From an uncultured Akkermansia sp. (GTDB lineage: Bacteria > Verrucomicrobiota > Verrucomicrobiia > Verrucomicrobiales > Akkermansiaceae), in NCBI GenBank assembly GCA_947588645.1, contig CANPYO010000002.1:11864-75863 (forward strand): 64,000 nucleotides of DNA. The letters are read 5' to 3'. The position numbers were made by a program, and so were the translations under genes. Below are positions 1 through 8,893 of this stretch, one piece after another. Positions within the stretch are counted from its first letter, which is position 1. The number at the start of each line of letters is the position of its first letter. Below the pieces are notes generated by a model. That model was not told the origin of the DNA. It ran no database searches and saw only the letters and a program-made list of their open reading frames with translations.

Positions 1-1
1 A

Positions 2-337
2 GGGGGCGGGGAGAGCATAGCAGAACCGCTTCGGCGGGCGCACTTTTACATCGGAAAGGCCGGAGCGGCGACCGTATTTGAGGCGTACGCCACGGAGACG
101 CCGGTGCTGGTGAATTATCCACTGCCGGGACAGGAAGAGGGCAACCAGCAGCTCTTGCTTACCGATGGAGCAGGGGTGCAAATAAACAGTACGAGCGAGT
201 TGTTGGAAACTATGGCGCGTTTGCTGGAACACGGAGCCCTCGGCTGGCAAAATATGGTGTATGCCATGCGCAGGAGTGCGCGCGGCAATGGAGCTGCGCG
301 CACCGTGGACGCCTTCCAGAAACGCTTTTTCTCATGA
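2..337 (+). CDS. Partial (5'-truncated) glycosyltransferase family 28 C-terminal domain, MGDG synthase/UgtP-like
   Basis: Frame open from position 2: HFYIGKAGAATVFEAYATETPVLVNYPLPGQEEGN matches the GT28 C-terminal KxGxxTxxEA...PGQExxN pattern. Confidence 0.7.
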   Translation, partial: GGGESIAEPLRRAHFYIGKAGAATVFEAYATETPVLVNYPLPGQEEGNQQLLLTDGAGVQINSTSELLETMARLLEHGALGWQNMVYAMRRSARGNGAARTVDAFQKRFFS

Positions 338-1104
338 AAGGTGACAAACCCATACTTTTGGTGGATAATTCCAACACGTTCACTAAATGCGCACTGGCGA
401 CGGCAGATGGGGAATTAAGCGGGCAGACGCGTTGTTTGCCCACTGCGCAGATAACTCCGGAGAGCGTGAATGAGGCTCTAGCGGAATGGAAGTTCGGGCA
501 AGTCGTGCTCTGTTCAGTTGTACCGGTTGCGGCGGCTGTGCTGAGCGATATTTTTGCAGACCATCCGATGCATCGTATTAGCCACACAGATTGTCCACAG
601 ATGCTCAGGCTTTACGAAAACCCCGCATGTGTAGGAGCTGATCGGCTGGCAAACGCCGCCGCTGTGGCCCTTCACTACACTCTGCCGGCTTTGGCTGTCG
701 ATTTGGGAACGGCGTGCACATTCGACGTCGTGGTGCAGCGAGACGGCCTGTGTACTTTGCTGGGTGGAGCTATAGCCCCGGGGTTGCGAGCCCTCGCCGA
801 TGCCCCATCGCGCAGCACGCAGCTTCTGCCGCAATTAACGGATGCAGAGTTGGCGGTGCGTTTTTCTTCCCCCTTGGCACGTGATACGCACGGGGCCCTT
901 CAGGCCGGGGTGCTGGCAGGCTATGAGGGAATGCTGCGCGGCATTGTACACCAGATGCGGATGGAGGAGGGGAAGGGCGCATGTTGTGTCTTGACCGGGG
1001 GGAACGCCTTATGGGGCGGAGCACCTCCGGAATGGGCTGATTATGTAGATCGCGAGCTGACCATGAAGGGAATGCTGGCTCTCTTTTTGGGGAAAGTACG
1101 CTGA
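334..1104 (+). CDS. coaX: Type III pantothenate kinase
   Basis: LLVDNSNTFTK, VGADRLANA, AVDLGTACTFD and GGAIAPG motifs; 256 aa. Confidence 0.9.
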   Translation: MKGDKPILLVDNSNTFTKCALATADGELSGQTRCLPTAQITPESVNEALAEWKFGQVVLCSVVPVAAAVLSDIFADHPMHRISHTDCPQMLRLYENPACVGADRLANAAAVALHYTLPALAVDLGTACTFDVVVQRDGLCTLLGGAIAPGLRALADAPSRSTQLLPQLTDAELAVRFSSPLARDTHGALQAGVLAGYEGMLRGIVHQMRMEEGKGACCVLTGGNALWGGAPPEWADYVDRELTMKGMLALFLGKVR

Positions 1105-1169
1105 TTTTTGCGTGAGCATGCACCTTTTCCCAAAAAAGCAGGGCAATTCCATTTTTTTGTAGAAAGTGC

Positions 1170-1197
1170 ATTTTATGGAACAAGTGGACATATTCAA
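1170..1197 (-). promoter_or_regulatory. Candidate sigma70 promoter pointing antisense into the coaX 3' end
   Basis: Minus strand TTGAAT-16 nt-TAAAAT; no convincing gene downstream on this strand. Confidence 0.35.
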
Positions 1198-1215
1198 GCA
1201 AGGCCCTCAGGCTCG

Positions 1216-1450
1216 CAGGGCAATCGCATTAGGAAATGCGTTTGCCTATGTACGAGGTACGATGTACGATTTGTTAATAATGTGCGCGTTGCGCAGATTT
1301 TTTCGAATCATTAATGCATGCTGAAATCCCTTTGGAGCCACCATCATGATGATCTCTTGTTGCCATGATTTTTGATGCGTATAAACAGTGATATCAGTCA
1401 ATAAAGGCATTTCCTCTGTCGATTGACTTCTCTCAAACGCGTTTGCCCTG
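1216..1450 (+). mobile_element. MITE, 235 bp, ISAs1-like ends (interior type X)
   Basis: Ends CAGGGCAATCGC and GCGTTTGCCCTG; flanked by direct repeat CTCAGGCTCG at 1206-1215 and 1451-1460. Confidence 0.8.
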
Positions 1451-1553
1451 CTCAGGCTCGCTATTGCTTTTTAATGACGTCCGGCGGTCGTTATCACGAT
1501 TCACTCTCCGCGTCAGCTTTGCCAAATTCGCGTCCTCGGCGATCACTATCTCC

Positions 1554-1613
1554 AAATCGTAAATCGTAAATGAATTGCATAGTTTTGGAGAAATTTTATG
1601 GGGACAAATGTGG
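1554..1613. repeat. AAATCGT heptamers plus P-family terminal motif (TATGGGGACAAATGTGG)
   Basis: Near-identical block at 11648-11700; related block at 8372-8414. Confidence 0.7.
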
Positions 1614-1632
1614 TGAGCACGCAAAATAAGAG

Positions 1633-1661
1633 TTGCTTTTGGTCCGGAGCTGAGATACAAT
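1633..1661 (+). promoter_or_regulatory. sigma70-type promoter of acpP
   Basis: TTGCTT-17 nt-TACAAT with TG extension. Confidence 0.6.
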
Positions 1662-1694
1662 GACCCCACTTCAATTCAGTCAAACATTATCTAT

Positions 1695-1937
1695 ATGTCC
1701 GACAATATCGAATCCCAAGTAATTGATGTCATCGTCGAGCAACTCGGCGTGGATCGTGAGAAAGTGACCCCTGATGCCAAGTTCATCGATGATCTCGGCG
1801 CAGATTCTCTTGACACCGTCGAACTCGTCATGAGTTTCGAGGAAAAGTTTTCCGTGGATGTGCCCGACGAAGAAGCTGAGAAGCTGAAGTCAGTGAGCGA
1901 TGTAGTCGCCTATATCAAGGAGCACAAACAGGGCTGA
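1695..1937 (+). CDS. acpP: Acyl carrier protein
   Basis: [21 protein letters not shown] phosphopantetheine motif; 80 aa, acidic. Confidence 0.97.
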   Translation: MSDNIESQVIDVIVEQLGVDREKVTPDAKFIDDLGADSLDTVELVMSFEEKFSVDVPDEEAEKLKSVSDVVAYIKEHKQG

Positions 1938-1962
1938 TCTTCTGTCAATTCATCTGAAAAGC

Positions 1963-1999
1963 CGGGCGGTTTCCACCTTGTGGGCGGAGCCGCCCGTTT
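1963..1999 (+). terminator. Probable intrinsic terminator after acpP
   Basis: CGGGCGG...CCGCCCG hairpin followed by TTT. Confidence 0.5.
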
Positions 2000-2062
2000 C
2001 ATCTGCTGAGGAAGGGTGCATGATCCGGAGACATAGACGCACACCCAGCCACCCCACACTCC

Positions 2063-2587
2063 ATGGACTCTGATTACGTAGGTTACGCCATTCGGCACAC
2101 GCGCATTCTCTACGCTCCTTACAGGAGAATAGAATCCTTTGGGGAGACGCGTTTTAATTTCCTATTGGTCACTGAGCCGATGGACAGCATCGGGGAGAGT
2201 CGCGTGCGCAGTGGTTGGGTGGAGGCCGGAAAGCCCCGCATTCTCAAACCGCACAGGATGCGGGGTCCCGAGACAGAGGGGTTCAGCGCAGAGGCCGATC
2301 GATTTTTTGATTGGATGGCGGAGCATGGCATGCAGATGCAAGCGTTCATTCAGTACGGATTTCAATTCAGCCGCTCGGAGGTGCAGGAAGAGTATTTGCA
2401 CGAGGATCTTCGCGAGGTGAGAGAACGCGTGGTGCGCGAGGTTGAGAGCAGGGGGGATGCATTGACGGCGGTGATAGAAGGGGTGGATGATGCGTGGGAG
2501 ATATCGCTGCTGCGCTTCATGATTGAAATGATTCAGCAATCGCATGAAATTAACGTCTTCGATTTTAAGCGTCACGGCTTGCTGTAG
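2063..2587 (+). CDS. Hypothetical protein (174 aa)
   Basis: Protein-like ORF with normal codon usage between acpP and the LysM gene; no family recognised. Confidence 0.65.
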   Translation: MDSDYVGYAIRHTRILYAPYRRIESFGETRFNFLLVTEPMDSIGESRVRSGWVEAGKPRILKPHRMRGPETEGFSAEADRFFDWMAEHGMQMQAFIQYGFQFSRSEVQEEYLHEDLREVRERVVREVESRGDALTAVIEGVDDAWEISLLRFMIEMIQQSHEINVFDFKRHGLL

Positions 2588-3389
2588 CGTCATATGGGTG
2601 GCGCATGCGCAGGAGAATTACTCCCTCTGGCCGCGCAGACCGGTTGAGTTGGAGCAGGCGCGGCGGCTATATGTGCATGGAAAGGATGATGCACAGGCGC
2701 TCACCTTGCTTGGTCCCTTCATCAACAAGCGTGGATTGGCTGGGCGTGAAGCTCGGCGCTTGGTCGGCCTCATTCGCATTCGGCAATACCTGAGCACATC
2801 CAATCCTCACATGCTTTCCCACATCGTGAAGCGCGGGGAAAATCTGGAGCGAATTGCTACGACGTACAACAGCACGGCCGAACTTTTGGCTCTCATTAAC
2901 CTTATGACCAACCCATCCGATTTAAAGGCAGGGCAGCGGGTGAATGTGGCGCCGGCCGATCTGCGGCTTGAGCTTCATGTAGGGGAGCGAGAGCTCACGC
3001 TGTGGGATGGACGCACTCTGGTGGCGGCTTACGATGTGCAGCCATCGGTCGATTTGAAGGGTGAAGAGAACGAGGAAACGAAGCTCTCCGACCGCGATGG
3101 GGAAATTAACGGAGCGCATGTGCCACGCGCATCGGCTCTTTTTGCTTCTTCGGATCGTATGCTCACTTTCGCGAATGGGCTTGTCCTTATCAACGACACG
3201 CGTCGTGCGCCGAAGAAGGCATACGTGCAAATGCAGCGCAAGGATCTCAATGAATTATCCTTGCTGGTGCGTGGCGGAGCACGACTCTCCGTGGTGCGCA
3301 AGGAGGAAGGTTTTGACCCCTTCGCCACCGTGAATGCAAGAAAAGTCCCACCGAAGAGAAAGCGTGAAGGGAGTTCCCGTTCGCGCTGA
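2544..3389 (+). CDS. Secreted LysM peptidoglycan-binding protein, possibly with an L,D-transpeptidase-like C-terminal fold
   Basis: Signal peptide ending AHA-Q; LysM HIVKRGENLERIATTYN...LKAGQRVNV; start uncertain (44 bp overlap). Confidence 0.75.
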   Translation: MKLTSSILSVTACCSVIWVAHAQENYSLWPRRPVELEQARRLYVHGKDDAQALTLLGPFINKRGLAGREARRLVGLIRIRQYLSTSNPHMLSHIVKRGENLERIATTYNSTAELLALINLMTNPSDLKAGQRVNVAPADLRLELHVGERELTLWDGRTLVAAYDVQPSVDLKGEENEETKLSDRDGEINGAHVPRASALFASSDRMLTFANGLVLINDTRRAPKKAYVQMQRKDLNELSLLVRGGARLSVVRKEEGFDPFATVNARKVPPKRKREGSSRSR

Positions 3390-3395
3390 TGAAAT

Positions 3396-4229
3396 TTATT
3401 TTCTCTGTCGTCCGGATGGAGCAGGATACTTCTTGCGGGGGCGGATGCCGATGTAATTGCGTACGGACTTAAATCCCTGCCGGTAGGTGTTCGCTGCGGC
3501 ATCCCAGAATGTGCAGGAACTGCCTCCATCCATATTCAATGCCGCACAAACGCGAAATGAGCCCATGCTGTTCGGGCGGCAAAGAACATTTGCGAGCTCG
3601 TGCAGGGTGAGGGGGGAAGTGATGGCGAGGCACCAGACGCCGGCTCCGTTGGTGGCGATAAACGTTCGCATGGCCTTACGGGTACGTTCCAGTCCGTGGA
3701 CCGCCCGAAATCGCTCCACGAGAAACGGACCTCCCTGGATGGCTTCTCGCATGGTCTGAGGGGGCATGTGCAGTGCGGTACTCCGTTCCAGGAAGATGGT
3801 TCCTCCCGTGTCGTACAACGTACCCGCCACAGTGAATGAACCGGTGGAGAGCGGGGCGATGCTGCGTGAGGCGTGGCGCAGCAGGCCGAGAGGCGTGCGC
3901 TCAGGGTTGGCGGCAAAATAACCTCCGTTGACGCCGGCTACACAGGAATTACTGAGCATAGCCGCTTTCAGATTACCGTAAGCTGGTTTTCCGTCCCCTT
4001 CGTCCACAATGCACAGCTCGTGTGTGTCGGCGCGAAAAAAATGCGCTTCAATGCGATATCCCTTCACTTCACCATTCAGCAGGCTGATCCAGCTATCTCC
4101 CGTGGCATAGTCTTTGCTGCGGAATTCAGCGTACTGTGCACGACAACAGTCCACCGTGGTCAGCAACGCGCCCACAAAACAACTCACAAGCGTACAACCC
4201 AAGCGTGGGAGGAGAGAAAGACGGAGCAT
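3396..4229 (-). CDS. Phosphodiester glycosidase (NAGPA/DUF2233) family protein
   Basis: GVNGGYF, AIQGGPFLV and ALNMDGGSS motifs; N-terminal signal peptide. Confidence 0.85.
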   Translation of the reverse strand: MLRLSLLPRLGCTLVSCFVGALLTTVDCCRAQYAEFRSKDYATGDSWISLLNGEVKGYRIEAHFFRADTHELCIVDEGDGKPAYGNLKAAMLSNSCVAGVNGGYFAANPERTPLGLLRHASRSIAPLSTGSFTVAGTLYDTGGTIFLERSTALHMPPQTMREAIQGGPFLVERFRAVHGLERTRKAMRTFIATNGAGVWCLAITSPLTLHELANVLCRPNSMGSFRVCAALNMDGGSSCTFWDAAANTYRQGFKSVRNYIGIRPRKKYPAPSGRQRK

Positions 4230-4241
4230 GCGGTTCGGGGC

Positions 4242-5387
4242 TTATTCCACAGAGGTGTTACGCTCAGTTTTCTTGACTTCGCGGTCACGTATGCGGCGTT
4301 TTTTGTCATCCTCTTTTTCTTTGGCTCGCCGATCGCGACGCTCATCGGATGTTTCGTTGGCGCGTTCATTGCCCCAGAGTTGAGAGAGACGCGGCATAGC
4401 GCGGCCGTAGAAGCTGTTGGGGTCGATTTTCATACTGGCGGTAATCAAGTCCTTCATGCGCCTGCTGCCGCCCTCCTCACGGCGAGCCTGACCGATGAGC
4501 AGGCAGTAAGCAGCCTGTCGATCCTCCGCGCGCAGGGCTTTGTCGTTTATCACCTTCATACTCTCGCCCATGAGGTCGTGCAGGGTCGTGTGAAAATCAG
4601 TCTTGAGGAAACCGTCTTTTGTATCCATGAGCTTGTAGAGGAATTGGAGGGCGCTGTGTGTATTGCGTCGTACCAATCCGGTGCTGTCGTTAGGGTCAGC
4701 AGCCTTGAGCAAATCCAGGAAGTTATCCGGCTTTTCGATGGACAATTCACCGATTTCTCCGAGCACCTTTGCTCTTTCCATACCGTTCAGGGAGTCAGCT
4801 TTTTTCATGAGGTCGAGCAGTTTGCGGTGCTCGGCCAGCTTACTGGCTATGTTTTTGAAAGCGGATGAACCTTTTTCATTGCCTAAAAAATCCATGCCGG
4901 GCAGGTTGGCGTACATGGAGCCGTTTTTATCCACCATCATGATGGTAGGGCACACATTGAAGGGGATGGAGGGCATTCCGGCCGAGATGCGCTGGGATTC
5001 CTCCGCCTGCTTGTCGGTAGGGTATTCGTAGATGGGCACGGCTACCAGCAGGGCTTGTCCGGTCACCTTTTCCAGCTCCGCTTGCTTCCAGAATGACTCG
5101 AGCATGCGCACACTGCGCTGGTTCCAATCTGGACCGTAGCAGAAAACAATCACACCGTCATCACCCGCTGCATCCAGGGCATCCCGGAAGGTTTCCGGAC
5201 GACGCGGATTTTTCTGTTCGCTCGGTTTGTCGGCAGCTGATTGTTGCTGTCCGGCGGAAGCTGGGTCAACCTTAGCCGATTCCGCAGGAGGTGCCGGATC
5301 TTGGGCAGTGCAGAGCGCCGCCGTCGCCGCCAACACGGCGAACGGAGCGACGAACAGAGGGAACCTATTTGCCTTTCTTGTTATCAT
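4242..5387 (-). CDS. Exported hypothetical protein with a probable thioredoxin-like N-terminal fold
   Basis: Signal peptide; IVFCYGPDWNQRS and CPTIMMVDKNG resemble a Trx-like fold without CxxC; start taken at MITRK. Confidence 0.55.
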   Translation of the reverse strand: MITRKANRFPLFVAPFAVLAATAALCTAQDPAPPAESAKVDPASAGQQQSAADKPSEQKNPRRPETFRDALDAAGDDGVIVFCYGPDWNQRSVRMLESFWKQAELEKVTGQALLVAVPIYEYPTDKQAEESQRISAGMPSIPFNVCPTIMMVDKNGSMYANLPGMDFLGNEKGSSAFKNIASKLAEHRKLLDLMKKADSLNGMERAKVLGEIGELSIEKPDNFLDLLKAADPNDSTGLVRRNTHSALQFLYKLMDTKDGFLKTDFHTTLHDLMGESMKVINDKALRAEDRQAAYCLLIGQARREEGGSRRMKDLITASMKIDPNSFYGRAMPRLSQLWGNERANETSDERRDRRAKEKEDDKKRRIRDREVKKTERNTSVE

Positions 5388-8016
5388 AGACCAGAATCGC
5401 TTTGAAGTTGATGCCTTGCAGCTGCTCTGCGCCGGAGTCAATACGGATGTAGCGGGCTTGCGGGCTGCTTCTATCCACTGTGACGACGACGCAGGGTTTT
5501 TCGGAAGATTCGGGAAGATTGGCGAGCAGTTTCCACTCTTTACCGTCTATTGAGGTTTCGACGAACCACTCGCGGTAGGCGGTGCAGTTTTTGCCACTGG
5601 GCACAATGACGATGCCGCCGATGTTCGTGCGTTTGGTCAGTTCCACAATGACCTTGTGGTGCTTACCCTTTTCGGAGACAATGGCGCCTCCCTGGGGAGT
5701 GAGTGCGGCGGCATGGGTTACGATGCTGTCCTGCTTGGGGGCGTACATATCCAGCATCACCAATCCCCCCGGGGAGACCAGTCTGCCGGGCGGCGGGGTG
5801 AAGTCGGGCATATTATTTTCCTCGGGTTTCAGGAATTCCTTGCTGTACTTGTTAGCCAGCTCCAAGTAGTACTCTCTCTCTCGTCCACTGCTGGTGCGCG
5901 AGTTTTCAAGAGAGAGCGCCGTCATTTCCTCAGCTGCGCGGATAACGGAGGCCTTTAGCAAAATCTGTGTGCTTTCGTAATTCGGATCATCTTTGGGGAG
6001 TTCGTCGAGCAGCTTATCCACCATGGCGCGCACGCGCTCGCCAACGGTACGTTGCTCCAGGTAGCCGCGTCGCACTGCCCAGCTGAGAGCCGGGCCAAAG
6101 GAGGGACGTCGCCGTACGCTGTCCGCTATCAGTTGAAAGAAGGCGAGTTTCGGCGGTATGGCTTTCCCTAGGGAGTCGAACTGCATGTTGAGCATCTTCT
6201 CCATGTCCCATTCCGCCTTTTCATTTTCGTTGAGATTCTCAAAATAGCCCTTGAATGCAACCATCTTTTGCTTAGGCGTTTTGAGAGTTGTGAGCAGGGT
6301 GGGGTAGATGGTTTCCGTGAGGTAGCGGGCACACATTTCCGGGTGTTTGGGAGCTACGGAAGAGCAGATAAAGTCATTTACCCCCAGGTATTTCGAGGGA
6401 CGCTTGCTGAGATATTTGGCAGCAGTGTCCAGGTACATGGTCCACACAGGATTGTAGAGAGGCTGCATGGTGACAGCCATTTCGTACAGGTTGAGTGCCT
6501 TGATGGGGTTTTTATTTTGAGCGAGGAGACCCGCCAGTGAGCAAATCATCTGGGCATCGCGGGTTCGCTGGCCGTCTTTGTACATATCCGTCATCATTTG
6601 CAGAGCGCTCCACCTGTGCAGTCCCCAAGTAGGGTAGTGGGGCTGGCGTTTTTCGGAGATGGTGTTGGAGGGATGCCACTCACCGTCCACATATACGGCG
6701 TAGGCGCAGTGACCGGGTTCTCCCATCGTGAAAGCCGGAACACCGTTGGAACATGCGGAGGAGGCTCCGAAGTGGGATAATCCACCGCACACGGCGCCGA
6801 TATCACGCGTCTCCTTGGCGAACAGGCCGGGATAGAGGACATCGAAGGGCTGATAGTAGTACTTCGAGAAGATGATGTCTCCGTACTTGTTGAGGGGGAG
6901 ATAGGGAACCTGACTGCACATTCCCATATAGGCGCGAGCGGGGGCGGAGCAGTTATCCCGCTGCCAGCGCATGCTGCTGGCGGTGCCGAAGGGGCTGTCA
7001 CCCTTCCAACCGCAGGGAAAGTGCATGAGCCAGTCCGGAAGGTTGCCGAAGGAGGTGTTGAGCAGCCCCTGATCCCAGCTTTCGGCAAAAAAGAGGTAAC
7101 GCTCGCGAGCCAGGCGGAAATTATCCTTCACCGGCCCCTTCTTTTTACCCGAGTCGGAGCCGATATCAGGCAGAGGGATGCCCGTATCTTTGTAATATTT
7201 GATCTGCTCCTTGGTGAGGGGCACGCCGGCGCCGTACCAACCGTTTCGGGTGAACTCCACCGCAACAGCCGCCGCAATACGGCGTTTCACGCCAGGTTTG
7301 ATCTTCACGTTGTCCAAGAGCAGGTCGCGATCCATATCCTTGTCCGCTTTCCGGAATTGCTGCACCATGGCCAGGGCGATCTCGGGCTTTTCCATCTCCC
7401 CGTCGTACACAAAGGAGCTTATCCAAGGCAGGTTGTTAAGAAGGACAGCCAGCGAGTCGGCCGTCTCCGTGTCTTTCATCAGATCGACAAAGGCATCCAT
7501 GTTGGCTCGGTGCAGCAGCTCCCACTGCGTAATTTGGAGGCGGTTTTTCGGGTCGCGGATGAAAGCGAGGACGCGCTCTCGATCCGGCGTGCCGAGGCGC
7601 GAACGAATGTGGTTGGCAAGCTTGCGTTCAAGAATTCTTGGCTTACGCCACTCATTAGGACGGATAATGCCCTTCACATCCTCTTCTTGCACGGGGCGGC
7701 GTCCCCGATCTTCCCCGAGAGATCGATTGAGCTTGGTAATTTCAGCGTTGTCGGGATCCACTTCTTCATCGTCTTCTTTGATATCCTCTACATCAACGAC
7801 AGGCTCGGGCTCAGGTTCGGGCTCTGGCTCCGTGGTGTTTTGTACCACGGGTTCAGGTTCCTTTTTGTGGATATCGATTTCAAGGATGTTGTCGCTCGAT
7901 GGCTCGGGCTGATGAACCACCTGCTTATCGCCGCCCGGGAAGAGCATCGGATCCACTACGTAACCCACCATCAGAATCACCAGGACGAGTACGACATAGG
8001 ACAGTCTCCATTTCAT
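5365..8016 (-). CDS. Large exported protein with a transglutaminase-like Cys-His core and a C-terminal discoidin/galactose-binding-like domain
   Basis: N-terminal TM helix; GAVCGGLSHF...GVPA...PGHCAYAVYVDGEW; C-terminal VETSIDGKEW...ARYIRI. Confidence 0.6.
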   Translation of the reverse strand: MKWRLSYVVLVLVILMVGYVVDPMLFPGGDKQVVHQPEPSSDNILEIDIHKKEPEPVVQNTTEPEPEPEPEPVVDVEDIKEDDEEVDPDNAEITKLNRSLGEDRGRRPVQEEDVKGIIRPNEWRKPRILERKLANHIRSRLGTPDRERVLAFIRDPKNRLQITQWELLHRANMDAFVDLMKDTETADSLAVLLNNLPWISSFVYDGEMEKPEIALAMVQQFRKADKDMDRDLLLDNVKIKPGVKRRIAAAVAVEFTRNGWYGAGVPLTKEQIKYYKDTGIPLPDIGSDSGKKKGPVKDNFRLARERYLFFAESWDQGLLNTSFGNLPDWLMHFPCGWKGDSPFGTASSMRWQRDNCSAPARAYMGMCSQVPYLPLNKYGDIIFSKYYYQPFDVLYPGLFAKETRDIGAVCGGLSHFGASSACSNGVPAFTMGEPGHCAYAVYVDGEWHPSNTISEKRQPHYPTWGLHRWSALQMMTDMYKDGQRTRDAQMICSLAGLLAQNKNPIKALNLYEMAVTMQPLYNPVWTMYLDTAAKYLSKRPSKYLGVNDFICSSVAPKHPEMCARYLTETIYPTLLTTLKTPKQKMVAFKGYFENLNENEKAEWDMEKMLNMQFDSLGKAIPPKLAFFQLIADSVRRRPSFGPALSWAVRRGYLEQRTVGERVRAMVDKLLDELPKDDPNYESTQILLKASVIRAAEEMTALSLENSRTSSGREREYYLELANKYSKEFLKPEENNMPDFTPPPGRLVSPGGLVMLDMYAPKQDSIVTHAAALTPQGGAIVSEKGKHHKVIVELTKRTNIGGIVIVPSGKNCTAYREWFVETSIDGKEWKLLANLPESSEKPCVVVTVDRSSPQARYIRIDSGAEQLQGINFKAILVYDNKKGK

Positions 8017-8022
8017 GTAGCT

Positions 8023-8051
8023 TTGATAGCAAATTTTGTCAGTTTTGTCAA
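8023..8051 (-). promoter_or_regulatory. Promoter of the 883-aa gene, probably leaderless
   Basis: TTGACA (8051-8046)-17 nt-TATCAA with TGC extension; ATG 6 nt after the -10 box. Confidence 0.55.
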
Positions 8052-8069
8052 GTGTACAACAGGGTGATC

Positions 8070-8345
8070 CAGGGCAAACGCATTAGAAAATGCGTTTGCC
8101 CATTTACGATTTACGGTTTACGATGTACAATTTATTAATAATGTGAGCATTGCGCAGATATCTTCTGGACGGAAGATGTACTCAAAAATGAGAGAGGAAC
8201 AACTTCATCTGCATCGCGGGGCGGATTGCCATTGCTGGTTTCGCGTTCGGGAACAAACGAATCATTGAACATCGTACATAGGCGGCGTTTAGCCGCCATT
8301 GTCCGTACATGGCTTTTAAAATTCCTCTCTGCATTTGCTCCGAAA
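8070..8345 (+). mobile_element. Degenerate MITE copy (left end intact, interior type Z, right end eroded)
   Basis: Begins CAGGGCAAACGCATTAGAAAATGCGTTTGCC; alignable by eye to 56447-56691 for about 180 bp; no TSD visible; right boundary approximate. Confidence 0.65.
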
Positions 8346-8371
8346 AATCCGCGCGCGAGTGCGGGGTTTTC

Positions 8372-8414
8372 GAATCGTAAATCATAAATCGTAAACGTAT
8401 TGGGATAAATGTAG
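8372..8414. repeat. AAATCGT-type heptamers plus degenerate P-family end
   Basis: GAATCGTAAATCATAAATCGTAAACGTATTGGGATAAATGTAG. Confidence 0.55.
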
Positions 8415-8538
8415 AGTGCCCCCATTTTATAGGAGGGCGATCATCAGAAAGCATCATTTTTTTCACGGCATGGGGAAAAAAATCGAGTTTGTGCTTGCAA
8501 AGCGTGCGAAAATATGCTTTACTCCCCCCGCACACGCC

Positions 8539-8610
8539 GCCGCTGTAGCTCAGTGGTAGAGCAACGCATTCGTAATGCGTGGGTCGTCAGTTCGAATCTG
8601 ACCAGCGGCT
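8539..8610 (+). tRNA. tRNA-Thr(CGT)
   Basis: Acceptor stem GCCGCTG/CAGCGGC; anticodon arm ACGCA-TTCGTAA-TGCGT; T loop GTTCGAATC. Confidence 0.95.
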
Positions 8611-8638
8611 TGCTCTCAGGAGGGCGTGCAACTCGGAT

Positions 8639-8711
8639 GCCTCCGTAGCTCAGTTGGTAGAGCAGCTGACTCTTAATCAGTTTGTCCACGGTTCGAGCCC
8701 GTGCGGGGGTA
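8639..8711 (+). tRNA. tRNA-Lys(CTT), copy 1
   Basis: D arm GCTCAGTTGGTAGAGC; anticodon loop CTCTTAA; T loop GTTCGAGCC. Confidence 0.95.
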
Positions 8712-8751
8712 GTTGCAGCGTATCGCAAGAGCGGTGAACTGCAGGAAGAAG

Positions 8752-8824
8752 GCCTCCGTAGCTCAGTTGGTAGAGCAGCTGACTCTTAATCAGTTTGTCC
8801 ACGGTTCGAGCCCGTGCGGGGGTA
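8752..8824 (+). tRNA. tRNA-Lys(CTT), copy 2
   Basis: Identical to 8639-8711. Confidence 0.95.
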
Positions 8825-8893
8825 GGAGTAGAAGGGGGAGGAGCGGCCGACAACGAGCAGCAGCCCCGCCATTTCAGACAGACTAGCGCGCGC

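Noticed and set aside
8562-8580. tRNA-Thr anticodon arm (AACGCATT-CGT-AATGCGT) resembles the MITE hairpin (AACGCATT-AGAA-AATGCGT)
   Set aside because: Both are palindromes, so only about 8 independent bases match; no other tRNA similarity. Probably chance.
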